The notes under the pieces: generated by a model
Databases searched by the model: none
The model's input: only the letters and a program-made list of their open reading frames with translations
Told to the model about the DNA's origin: nothing
Shown here: piece by piece, positions 42,735-55,381 of the stretch
How the letters are laid out: each line of letters begins with the position of its first letter
Position numbering within the stretch: position 1 is the stretch's first letter
Made by a program: the position numbers and the translations under genes
Assembly: GCA_904063045.1 (NCBI GenBank)
Contig: CAJFCJ010000027.1
Location: 310,001-374,000, forward strand
Reading direction: 5' to 3'
DNA length: 64,000 nucleotides
From: Dimorphilus gyrociliatus
Lineage: Eukaryota; Animalia; Annelida

Positions 42735-44423
42735 GTATATATACATATATCTAGAGATAGAGAGAAAGAGAGGTTCTTATATATGCCATTTTCTTCCTAA
42801 GATTCTTTACTTATCCTTAATAAATTATATGGAAAGCATAATCGAACTAATTTTTTCTTATATCTAATAATAGATCGTTATAAAATTACAAGTTAGGGTT
42901 ACAATTATACAATGCAATATCATTGTTATTGTTATCATTAAGAATAAAATAGTCACTTACCTAGCTAAGGCTTTCGAATTTGGCAACTTCATTTATATAT
43001 AAATTAAGAGATTGTTTAGTAGTTTTTCAAGTTATTCTAAAAGGAAAATGAAAGAAGAAGCAAAGTTTAATAGCAACAATGAAATGGGCTTTTGGAGAAG
43101 AAATAATCCGTAGTTTTTTCACAGGTTAATTTATTCTAATAAAATGCAAAATGTTAATTATTTATTAAGTAGAAAACGAATGTTTTTGTAGAGGAATAAC
43201 GTAAGTAGTTGTAAAATGTTCTACAAATACTGTTAGCCAGTATTTATATTACATTCGGTTGATTTTTATTAAAAATTCATTTTATATCAACTCTATTAAC
43301 GAATGAGAAAAGAGAAAGTTTCTTTGTTGATCGGGTCAAAAAATGATGATTAGTTTTGAAATTGTGTCTATGTTTTTCTCTCTCTTTCGCTATGGGAATA
43401 AACAGGATATAAAACTAACAAAAACGAAAATGTCAATTACTTTCAACAAGTCGCTATAGCAATGTTTAATTCGTATAGCGTTCTAGTAAATGATTATCCA
43501 TCAATTTTATCTTCAAGATATAGCTGGGGAATAAATGATAATATGATGTACAATAGAGATACTTTTCTCAAACTTTTTATTGTATATATATATATATATA
43601 TCTTTATACTGTATATATATATTATATATATATATATATATTCTGTATACAGTATATAGTTTTATCTAACTTTCTATAATTAAAAGCAATATACTACCAG
43701 TTGTTAGTCTTGATATTATAATAGGTTTAATTTGTTACCAGTCTTTACAAGTGCATTCTTATCGAGTCCTACTCCATCATCCTACGAAAGAAAGACAATG
43801 AATAAGCGCTGTCGGTTTACTCGAAAGATGAAACGTTCAGCAGAAATGTTTATGAAGTAAAGAAGAGAAGTAAAAACTGTTATTTTCTGTTTCTTTCACT
43901 TTTTCCTTGTTTTTTTTTCTTGCAGTAAAAGATTCCTTTACCCCCACGCAAAATCAACGTTATCTATTCCTATCAGATCTACACTTAACTCTACAGTTAA
44001 TCTAACCCTTTCTGAAAGTACTTTGAATGTATATTTTTACTTATAATCAATTATAGAAGCTTAATTATTAATTAATGCAATCTTCCTCAATTGTTATACA
44101 CTGTTACTAAATTGTTGGATGTTATGTTTAATGTCTTAAATATGCCTAGTATACTGTTTATACTATACATGTAGTTATTATATTGTATTTATAAGACATC
44201 AATGTATTTATAGGTTTATTTTCTTTTTACAAAATTATAGCCTCGTAACTGACGATATATATACGTCATCGTCCTCGACAAATACTGGTTGAGATTGTTT
44301 TATATTAGACAACAATCGTTAATAATTTCAAGTAGGTATACTAGGCACTCAACAACGTCATAGAGAATGATATTTTTGTCTTAACTGGGATTTTAAAAGT
44401 ACTAACGTAATGTTTTATAATGG

Positions 44424-44497
44424 TAAATATAACGTAAAGGCGCGAGAGTCTAAACTTGGAACGTTGCCAAGTCCAGTCGTTGTAACCATCGACTACA
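44424..44497. repeat. Direct repeat copy A (putative LTR remnant)
   Basis: 62/74 ungapped identity to 46479-46552. Confidence 0.8.
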
Positions 44498-46478
44498 CTG
44501 ACCGAGGGAAGAGGACGAGAATCGCTTGAAAGATAGGAGATTCTACCTAAAACATCACTTTCTATCTTATTATGTCCTGAATAAATCTCGTAGGCTCGTT
44601 CTGAATTCTGTTTTGTGATGTATGCTAGTTTAAACTTATGTGATGCCTGTTGGTCTAGGTAAAGTGTTAGGTCATCAACATATCAAGGAGTCTTGTATCG
44701 GTCCTTCCAACACTTTGTTTCTTGTGCAGGTTTTTATATAGTTTTGTGTGGCATCTCGTATTTAATAGTTGACGTTCCTCAGATATTATAGTTGGGTATT
44801 CGCCATCTTTAATTGGTATTTTAGATAGTTTTATGAAAAAACCGCCGTCATTGGTACACTCAGGTCGTCAATTACGAAATTTATTGGACAATAATTCATC
44901 TGGTTCTCTATAGAAGAAATCGAAAGGCGTATTGTTTCCCAGTTTGAAGCACGTTTCTCCTTCAAGCTTGATGTAGATAACCATTATTTTGATGTGACCT
45001 ATGAGTCCCTCTATAACTCTCATCTTGTGAGGAGAGTACAGTAAACTGAATTTTCATGATAAATATTTTATATCGGTCATTGTTAATAATATCTGTCTAA
45101 TGGTCAGCATAATTTTCTAAAGGTGCATAATCGGATACAATAGTTTTAGATCATCCCCACCTGTCTATGAACAGTTGGAATTCGAACATTAGAGAGTCTT
45201 ATGATAAGGACAAGTAATTACTAAGAGATATACATTATCATCCTGTGTGGTCTTACATATAGGTCCAGTAAAATCTAGAGCACAGTCTTGGAAAGGGTGA
45301 TAAACTCTCCTATTTGGGAATCTGATAGGTTAGCCAATTGTAAGGTCGTTTTCCTATTGTTATTTGCTGGGCATGTGGGGTGTACACATCCAGGTTACTT
45401 CGAGGGACGCGTGGTTATAACCCTCATAAATATGGTTTATGAGTTTTGATATTGTGGGATGGCGAGCATCTATAGTTATTTTCTTTTTCTCTTTCAGTTT
45501 ATCAGACCTAGTGTTATTTAAATAGCATCTTCATCCTTTACTAGAGAGTGTAGTTTTATTAGTTTTTCTATGGACATGTAACCCTGAACAGTTTTAAATA
45601 GGTAGCGTAAAAATGACGTTTCGTCATTGGACTTTCGGAGTCCGATTGGGGGAGTTGAACTTGAATATCATCTCTATCAGATTGATAAGTAAGACCGAGG
45701 ACCTTTATGGGGGCGTTAATAAGTTTAATTTGTATAGATGAATGATAACTAATCCATTATTTGAGATTGGTAAAGTTATCGCATCTAAACATCTGTAGAG
45801 GACCATGGTGAGTAGTACATCGTACAATAAGTAGGTGGAGTTCACAACTAGGTAGAGCTTTTTCTGTGTAGTTTGGATTAATACAATGAGCTGGTTGATT
45901 CCTAATGTCGGGTAAAAAATCTACGACGTATCCATACATGTCATAGTATTGGTCTAGGTGGAGAAAAATAATTTAAACTTTTTCAGTAATAATGGATTAA
46001 AAGGTATTATTTGTATATGAAATGTCAAAACGGTATTAATCATTAGGGTTTGGTTGATAAGATGTTCGTAGAAGAAATTGTCGGCTTATTAATGATATTG
46101 ATGCTTTAGTGTCAACCAAAGCAGTAATATTATGGGTGGTAGAGGTATCTGTAGCTGGAACTTGTACTTTTGTTTCATAGATTGGCATCCTATCATCATC
46201 TATATCAGACTGTTGATGTTCATAGGAAAGGATAACTTTGGAATTAGTGAATCCTTGTGATGTAGAGATGAATGGTGGGATCTTTTTACTTTATTCTTGT
46301 ACAAGAATGTTAAAATCAGAAGAGTAATTAAAAAGACCATGTCCGACTTCTTGTTGAATATATAGTGTGAGTTTAAGAACGAATTGATTGGGTTTATGGT
46401 ACTGCGGATGGCCCTTATTTTCTTGTCGGTTTAGGGATATGAGAAGTGTATTGAAATTAATCCAATCGTAGATATTAT

Positions 46479-46552
46479 TAAATATAATGTAAAGGCTCGC
46501 GAGTCTAAACTTGGCACATTTCCAAGTCTGTTCATTGTGACCATCAACTACA
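46479..46552. repeat. Direct repeat copy B (putative LTR remnant)
   Basis: 62/74 ungapped identity to 44424-44497. On the - strand both copies begin TGTAGT. Confidence 0.8.
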
Positions 46553-49500
46553 TATGTATATAAATTTATATGTATATACGTAATAATTTACTATTATCAT
46601 CCTTATGCAAAGTATTTAGCTTGTATAAAAATTTTACCTTTATAGCATAAAGTCTTCAAATAGAAAGCCCAACTTCTTTTAATATAGATTAGTAGATGTA
46701 CATAGGCATAAATCGTTTTAACATTGCATATAATACTATCTATTCATTTATTAAACATTGACTACATTTATTATTAATTTCTTATTCGTCTATAATGAAT
46801 AATTTGTTAATAAGAATATTATTAGGTCAGCAATAATACTATTATTATATAACTTTAATCAAGTTGTATTAAAATGATATATATCTACATTATCACCCTA
46901 AAGATGGAGCTGATTTATCTTAATAGGTTAGTGTTAATATAGAAAAAATGAAAGAATCAGCGAATAGTTTGGCAATAAAATTTATATATTTAAAGTTGTT
47001 ATTAAATGTTTAAATTGTATTTCGTTTCCTTTTATTAGATTAGGTAAAAGAAAAGAGAAACTATTGTCTAGTTTATTTACCATAAGTATTGTTTAATTTA
47101 GAGATGAGAAGCTAATGTCTTGTTCTAACTGACCTTAAATATCTACGTATTGATTGGTTAATTTTTAGAAAGGGAAAAGATGAAAATGAGGGAAAGGGGC
47201 TTTTATTCTATTTACTGATTTCTAGATAATTCATTGACTTTTCTTCTTTTGTTTTAAGAAAGAAAACTACAAAGAAAACGCAAGAAATTAAACAAACATC
47301 AAGGTTAATATTAATACAACTGTTAAGAAAGTTTAATGTTTATGATAGAAAATGGTCAATCTTTTTTGCACAAAAGAAGGAATATCGACTTGGAAAAGGT
47401 AATGGTGTTATTTTACAGTTAAATCTGTATGTATTCAATATCTAAAGGGGTTATATTATTAATAGAGTTTAAGCGTTATGTAAAATAGAGATGTCTTACT
47501 TTGAATAACCAATCAGTACCCAACTCCCTATCTCTACTGTATAGACTAGATAGTTGTATAATGTATACATTGTATTACTTAGTACTATAGTTTGATAAAT
47601 TTTTCATTCTCAATCTGCTAGGTTTAATAACACTAGAAACTCTAGATGGAGCCATAAGAATTAATAACATGCCACCTGGAGATGTAAACGGATATATTGT
47701 AAAATAGAGTAAGTTTTAAGTGTCTGTAGGGTCTCGAAATAATTCTACGATTTTAAAAAGAGATTTAATAGAATTATTAATGTAAGTCTTTAATAGTAAT
47801 AAAAAATAATAAGAACGATCCCTATGGGTATTTGATTTTGCTCTATAATGCATCAGTCACGATAAAAAAATAGTCTAATGCCTGAACAAGATAACTAATT
47901 AAGTGAAGAATTTTAACGGATTACTATTTTTAGTCGAAGCGACAGAGATAAATTTTAGCCTTAAGGCATGCAAAGTATACAGTCTGATGCTGATAGTATA
48001 TGAAGTAATATTGAAGTGAGCTGATGGTTTTAATAGATGAAAAAAGTACCACTTAAAACCTCTTAAGAAAGCATTTTAACAAACCAAATAATTATATCTT
48101 TCTTATCCCAATGGTCAATTAGATTGAAAGACAGTTTAACCCGTCAAAATATTGAAATACTATACTATAATTTTATACAAATATCGTTCATTTATTTTCT
48201 ATACACTTAAATTTTTCATGCTTTTTTTATCCTTCACCTTAACCAATTTAAATAATCAAAATAGCTTTAATTAGACATTTTACATTTGATCTTTTCCGTC
48301 GAAATTAATTACTTTGTCTATTACAAGAGTTTTGTTTCCTTTAGTATCAGCGTTTATTTTAGGCCTATATGTATATTTGTCCTGTGTTTAATTAAACAAT
48401 ATCAATAAAATATGCGAAGCAAGTTGTAAAATTATGAACAAGACTATAAGACTAATTGTATATTTAATTTTGAGGTTATTCATTAACTTGAACAAAAAAA
48501 TACAATTCCAATTTCCAGGTAAAAAGATGGCGCTAAAAATTAAAAAAAAAGCATTCTATATTGACAATTGTTATATGATCTATTTACCTTCGTTGATTGT
48601 TGCCACTGTTTTATTTACATCGACAAAGGTGTTAATCCTGTTTCTATAGCTTGCACATATAATCTGTTTTATAGGTATATTTTACGTAGTGTGTTGATGC
48701 TGGGAAGGGAGACGATCATATATAATAAGTTTCCTTGTTAAGGAAGAGAGGGAGGAGAGAGAGTAGGAGAGAAGGAAAAAAGAAAATCAAATATAGAAGA
48801 AGGGAGGAAGGAGAGAGAAAGAGCTTTTATCAGTTCAATATTCATAAATTGTATTGTATGTACATAGCATATTCACTAAATCATTATAAATTTTCTAAAA
48901 AATGACTAGCAGTGCTATCCACGGAACACTTTTCTTTTACAAACTATTAAAAAAAGATTCTATCAATGGAACAAATATTCAAAAGGAGAGAAAGAAGATA
49001 TATCAAATGAATATTGAAATGTGAAATATACTATAGAAATATCCTTATTTTATTTTATTTAGGTGAAGAAAACAGAAAAATGATAAAAAACAAAAAAGGA
49101 GAAGAAGATTACGTGCTTAAAAATCTTAATAGTTGCTAAAATGAATGGTTGAACATTCAAGAAAATAATTTCTATTGAATAGAACTTAAATACACAAGTT
49201 TATAGTTACTGTTGATATCTCCATGCTTTTACTATTTAATATTCATTTTTAACGTTTCCAATAAATTATAATTAATAAAGAAAATCAAGTCAAAGAGGTA
49301 AATAATGTCTAGACGGGGGGAAAGAACAGCAACTAATAACAAAGAATAAGAAAACTAAAAGAAGTTAATTATAATTGCATGAACAAAATGAAATGGGAGA
49401 AAAATATCAGAATATCACAACGAATACTAAATATCATCTTTAAAATAAAGAAATTATTGATTATCTCTCCTCTTTTCCTCACTTCCTTTACCATAGCTCA

Positions 49501-50245
49501 GACTCTTATACTGACAGACCAATATGTCCCTCCTCTTTTTCTCTCTCTCTCTCTCTCTCTCTCAATTTCTCTGTCCTTCTCCCTCAACTTGTCTCTTTCA
49601 TCATCCTAATTTTTATATTCTATCCGTTTTAAATCTTTATATTACCATTAATAAAAATATATAAAGAATATACAGTATACACTTTATGCATGTAATTTTA
49701 TGATAATAGCCATTGAAAAGTGAGAAGAATACAAAAAATATGCACTTCAATTGCAGATAAACCCATAACTGACGAGAGTATAAAACTAACACATTGTTCT
49801 GAAAATATTGCTGTTCGTTTATTACTTTTAATTTATATTAGTACAATAATTTTAGTAAAATCCATTGTCTATCATATTCTAATGGGATTATTTAAATGGA
49901 TTACTAGAAACTGGAAGATTTACTAGCATAAATGATATTGAAAAGCTAAGAAGATAAAATCTCAAAGACATTAAAATGTTAAAAATATTCAAGGAAATGA
50001 AATTAAAAAATTACTAAATAAGATTATATTCTATGTTATATATATATATATTATATAATCAGCTTTTTAATGTTTCTGACTCTAATGCGTTTCTCTCCCT
50101 CTCCTTTGCCATCCGATTTGTTGAGTGAATGTATGAGATTATAATCTTCAATTTGTTTGATATATCCTGTATACTAGCTTCAATATAGAATAAGAAAAAT
50201 GAAAAAAGAATTATCTGTTCTTCATAAAGGATTTTTCCGACTCTT

Positions 50246-50322
50246 TCATCTTTTCGTATTATTACATAAGGAGAAAAATTGCGAAGAGTAAAATATTTCC
50301 GGCGATTCGTGCACAGTAAAGT
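50246..50322 (-). CDS. Candidate alternative terminal exon of complexin (non-CAAX C-terminus)
   Basis: Very strong acceptor (TTCTTTTTCTCTTCTTTTCCTTTACTTTCCAG|AC). It is phase-1 compatible with complexin exon 3 and gives DFTVHESPEIFYSSQFFSLCNNTKR*. Confidence 0.4.
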
Positions 50323-51481
50323 CTGGAAAGTAAAGGAAAAGAAGAGAAAAAGAATGTAATACTTTTACGTTTATTGACCAATATCGAGTAATTATGCAAA
50401 GCGAACCTTGTATAAACATAAAATTTGTAGAAATTGGCAAACTTTTATATAATTTAATGATTTTTTTTTTATTAAAAAAAAAGAACTAAAAAGTAATATT
50501 TAAATTGGATGATACTAAGAAAAAGAAGAAGGCATGCCTAATATATATACAAATTTTCATAGCGCTATTGACAGGAATCCATCATTAGCTATTAAAGACA
50601 ATTATTATATTTTGCATATATACAGTATATACATATATATCTATATATAATTATCACTATAAATAAGGTTTCTCTCTTTTAGTTTACGAGTATTATTACT
50701 AGAGGAAAATTATAGAATAATAAATAAAATGAATGGTAATATAAAAGAAAGAGAATGTTATGTAAGAAAAGGCGGATACTTTCTTTCAATTGTCAAGTCC
50801 AGAGCGCTTATTATTATTGATTTTATTATATTCTCATATAAAAATTATATATATATATATATACTGTATATATATGTATATATATATAAATTATAATGGG
50901 CAAGAGAGAAAAATATTATACATCACACTGAGCACAACAATGCTATTAGTATATATAATATAGATAAAAGACAAAACAGGTCAGAGTTGTTAATTTTATA
51001 CGTATGCACATATACACACATATATATATAGATATATACAGTATATATATACATTTACATGTAAAGTTATGAATATATATTTAGTTGTAGACGCGTAACT
51101 GACTATCTAGGTGTATGTTACTTATGCTAAAATTATAAGCTTTATCTTTATATAAGCGTATGTATCTATGTAAATAAACTATACAGAAAGTATATCATGT
51201 ATACAGAGTGTGCATAGTTTGATAGTGTTTAGACCTACCGGACTATCCGACTCTTAGCTCATCTTAGATGATTAGTATATATACTATATATATATATATT
51301 TAACCAAAGAATGATTATAACTGATAAACAAATCAATCTTTTTCACAGAAAAGAAAAGAAAAGGAATTTTGGATAATTTATCAGTCAAATATTCTATTAA
51401 AACGTGTGACAGGTACGTGACGAACCCTTCAGTGACCCGTATAATCTTTTATATATACTAGTAATTATATCAATTTATTTC

Positions 51482-52323
51482 TTATTGCAAACAGCATTTT
51501 TCACCAACTTCATTCATTGATGACGTAATTTTCTTAGTAATTTCTTCAGCGTTTGAATGCAGACTAGGAAGATAGTTGGATTTTTCAGCCACTTCTAAAA
51601 AATATTTTAATCGTCACCTTACATTTTAATCAATATACGCCTATAAAAAGATATAACAAACCAGGTTGCTGTTTTTCTTGAGCTTCTGCCTTTGGTTTTT
51701 TACTTAATCCGTACTATTTTGAAAAAAATAAGCTCTTAATAATATTTGTAATTGAGCTTTTCACAGGAAATATTTATAAATATACATCTTTCCATCTAAA
51801 TATAGACTACGTTTTATACATTATTTTACGTTAACAATTTATAAAGGTATTTATCATATATTACAGACATTTTTCATTAACTAGGCAAGCATTATTTTGC
51901 TAATCTTTCTTATAAAAATACGGCTCTAGCTGCCCAGTTTTTGGTTTTTGCTTTCCTACAAACTTTCCTAAGGACACTTATATATGATCCTATATATTAA
52001 TCTAGAATATTCATTTTCTCCGCTTCAATAAAGAACTTTTTTTTTTAATTCAGACTTAAGACAAACCTTATCTCGGATATGTTGCCTCATCTCTTCTCTT
52101 TCTTCTTCCATTTTTTTTCTTTTCTCCTTTCTTCGTTCTTCAGCTTCTCTCCTTGCTTCTTCAATCTCACTCTCATCAACTTGTTCTTTACTTTCATCGC
52201 CCATAGCCTCTGATGAAAATATAATTTACTCTTTGAATTAATTAACTATCATTTCAAAAGTTTGTTACCTTTGACTGATTTCATCTGATCGCCAACTACA
52301 TGTTTCGCTAAGAATGCCGCCAT
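51482..52323 (-). CDS. CPLX: Complexin (synaphin) with a C-terminal CAAX motif, 4 coding exons, 120 aa; absent from the ORF track
   Basis: Exons 52323-52269, 52209-52067, 51713-51662, 51594-51482 total 363 nt. N-terminus MAAFLAKHVVGDQMKSVK, central helix EEARREAEERRKEKRKKMEEEREEMRQHIRDKYGL, C-terminus EKCCLQ*. Confidence 0.93.
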
Positions 52324-53808
52324 TTTCTACAGAAGGAGAAGAAGAATAAAATGAAAAGGTAAAAGTTTAAAAAAAATTGTATAAATAGGAAGATAATTTG
52401 AGAAAGTAAACTCTTCAACAAACTCAACAAGTTAAGTTAAATATAAAAAAGAAAAGGATTTATTTTTCATTTGTTGTCACCTTTTAGAGTAAATTGATGT
52501 GGATACAGTCACGACACAGTCGCAAATGATGAAGGCATAAAAATCGATATTTGTTGCTGAGGAAACAGCTTTTCCTGATAAATTTTCTTATATAAGGATT
52601 CCTCTTTTAATACACTATACATTTTTTAGTAATTTCCTATCAGTCATAAATTCATCATAGGATATAAGAATTAAACAACTAGATAAATATTTATCTACCT
52701 TTATCTAATAATTTTGTACGATTTAGTAGAAAACCATATAGAAATCTCAACGTAGAAGAAAAGAGAAAGAGCTAAATAGAAGATAACGAATGATACACAG
52801 CTTATCTATTCTTCAGTTTTATTCAATATTCATTCAACCTATTTAAAAATTCAACCTAATATTTTTACAGGTTTTTCTCTCATTTTTCCACTTTAACTTC
52901 AATAAATAGTTTGATACGAAACACTAAAGCATTTTACATAGAATATAGTAAAAGATACTTTGTCACATTAACGTGCAAACAAGTAAATTGACAAAACGAA
53001 ATGACAAGTTACATTAGACTATATACGAAAGTAGACATTTATGCTTGATTATTATGTGTAATGTATATAATAACTGAGTATACAAGTTTGTTTTTTTAGG
53101 TGAAATGCGCATATATTATATAGTTTTTTTATTCATACTGCTTCTTCTTAGTTTATATATAAATCTTTTTATGTATAAACGAGGCAAAATGTGTTTTATC
53201 TATCTTTCAGGGAACGCTGTAGTTCTCTAAGATTTTTTTTAAGTTTTCTATACTTAATCTCCTCTTTTAAACATGTTTAATATACATTTCTTATGTTACC
53301 TTTTTATAGTTTTTATATAGAAAAATCTAACAGTATCTATCTTTTAAACATGATCTTCATTGAATTGTGCTCTCTTTGAAAAGAATTTCTTTTAAAAGAA
53401 GTCTTAATTAGAAACTTAATTTAGATGCAAACTCGTACATATTGATAATTATCCGTTTTACTTTACAAACAGATTGGATAATCATTTTTTTAAAAATTCA
53501 TATTTACAATAATTTTCCTACAGTTTACTATGTTTTCATAACAAGACGAGGATGGTGGATAAAGAGAGATAACAACAATGACAAATACAAGAAGAGAATT
53601 CTCTTTCTCTAATGAACTGACTATTGGATAAAATAGAGCAATGTAGTAGAATGCTCCTCGGGCCGTAAAATTTCTAATCTTACGATTATCTTTAAAGGCA
53701 AGTAGCGACATTGCTGTCGATTAAATAAGCGTCAAAAGAAAAAAAAAACGACCGACCGCAAGTCACGCCGTATCAAGACGAAAACTTTTAAACAGGATGA
53801 CCCCCTTG

Positions 53809-53824
53809 GTGTTGCCATCTGCAG
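53809..53824 (-). promoter_or_regulatory. CTCF-like motif in the putative complexin promoter region
   Basis: The reverse complement is CTGCAGATGGCAACAC, within a GC-richer island at 53750-53825. Confidence 0.5.
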
Positions 53825-55333
53825 ATTTAAATTAATGAATAATACTTAATAGACCAAAAAAGAAACAAATGCTTCCTCAACATACAATATCTACTCATTT
53901 ATCTGACTTAATGTAAACTAACCTAATTATAATTTTATACATCCTGTCTATATAAATTGATATTATTGAGTAGTAATCCCGTACTTTTCCTATTTTTTAT
54001 CTCTTAGCTATCAAACAGCTATGGAAGGTTTGAAACCAACGAAAATGAACGATAAAATAAGTATGCGGATAGGAAATGGAAGAAATTATTATATACTATT
54101 CTTTTATTAAGAGGAACTAATCACGATGTATAAAAGAAATGTCAACAAACTCAGCAAACAAGGACCAATCTGAACTTTAAAAGAGCAGCAACGACCGAAA
54201 ATGTCGAGATATTTTCTTCCTTTCTTGTTAAATAACTGAATAAGGAGGAAAAGCAGAGTAAAAACATAAAGAGATAATCCACTAATGGACAAGAAGAAGA
54301 AGCAGAAGAAGAAGAAGAAAGTAGAAAAATAGAAAATTATGATGCAATAAGAGGCAAAAAAAAATAATTAAAAGAATTTAACAAACGAAATCAAAACTAT
54401 TAAAATAAAAAGAAAAGACAAAGAATGAATAGAAAGAAGGGAAATAAAGTCTATAAAAAATAGCATAACGAACATGATCACGTATGTTAAATTAATTGGG
54501 AAAAACGTGCAGTGTTAACTATTTGAAAGTTTCTTTTTAATATCCTTTTATATACTTGATAGATTTACTATCAAACAAAATGAGATAGAGGGTAAAAAGT
54601 ATAAAAGATCACAAGATTATTAAATAAAATTAGGTTTACTAAAAAACACATAAGTAAATAAAAGAGAACAAAGGGAGAGAGAGAGAGAGAGAGAAGAGGA
54701 GTGAAGGGGTGGATGAGACAGAAAGAAGCTCTTAATAATTCCTAGAATGATTGCGTGTAAGTATCTCATAATAGTTGGTAAACTTCCCTAACGTACTTAA
54801 TTAATTAACTAAAAATACCTGACTAATTTCGTCTAGACATATAATTTTATTGTATTTTTAATAGTTAAACAAAAAATTTTACTCTTAAAAACACGACTAC
54901 AAGTATCTTTATTTATAATACATATCAGAAATGTATAGTAACACTTTAAATAATAAAAAGCGACTCTTTATTTATAAATATGCTACTAAAACGGAAGATC
55001 TATGATTGTATTAATGAAGAAAAGTTACTTTCTCTAAATTTACCATTTGCCATTAGCCTTAAATGAAAATATATTATTTTTCAATACAATAGTAATATTA
55101 TTTTATTTTTAGTATCTTAAACGTATGGCAAAGTGTTTAACATGTTAAAATATTGAATGAATATACTATATAATGTATTAGTATATTCCATTTTCGCTAA
55201 TCAGTCATTATGAATACTCTTTTGCTCTTGTTTTTGTTAAATTTTACTCTTTAAAAGGGTTAAGCTTACTCTCATTTAAGAACATTTACTAGATGATAAA
55301 CAATAGAGTATTTTATATGCATATGCTTATATA

Positions 55334-55381
<48 letters not shown>

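Larger units (their letters stand above)
44424..46552 (-). mobile_element. Degenerate, internally deleted BEL/Pao LTR retrotransposon
   Basis: Remnants on the - strand, in pol order: protease ITALVDTKASISLI (about 46095-46129); YVVD, a possible RT YVDD remnant (about 45925); Pao-type VLGLTYQSDRD...TKR (about 45620-45700); integrase HPTISKLINH..NHA, PFQDCALDFTGP, FIDRWG*SKTIVSD and *KFSLLYSPH..IEGLIG (45470-44990). Many stops. Flanked by 74-bp direct repeats. Confidence 0.85.

Noticed and set aside
48434-48649. Signal-anchor-like ORF MALKIKKK...LIVATVLFTSTK with a donor site
   Set aside because: I found no compatible downstream exon at a plausible intron distance.
52479-52575. Exon upstream of the complexin ATG as an N-terminal coding extension
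   Set aside because: Its open frame is out of phase with the complexin ATG after splicing, so it is best read as a 5-prime UTR exon.
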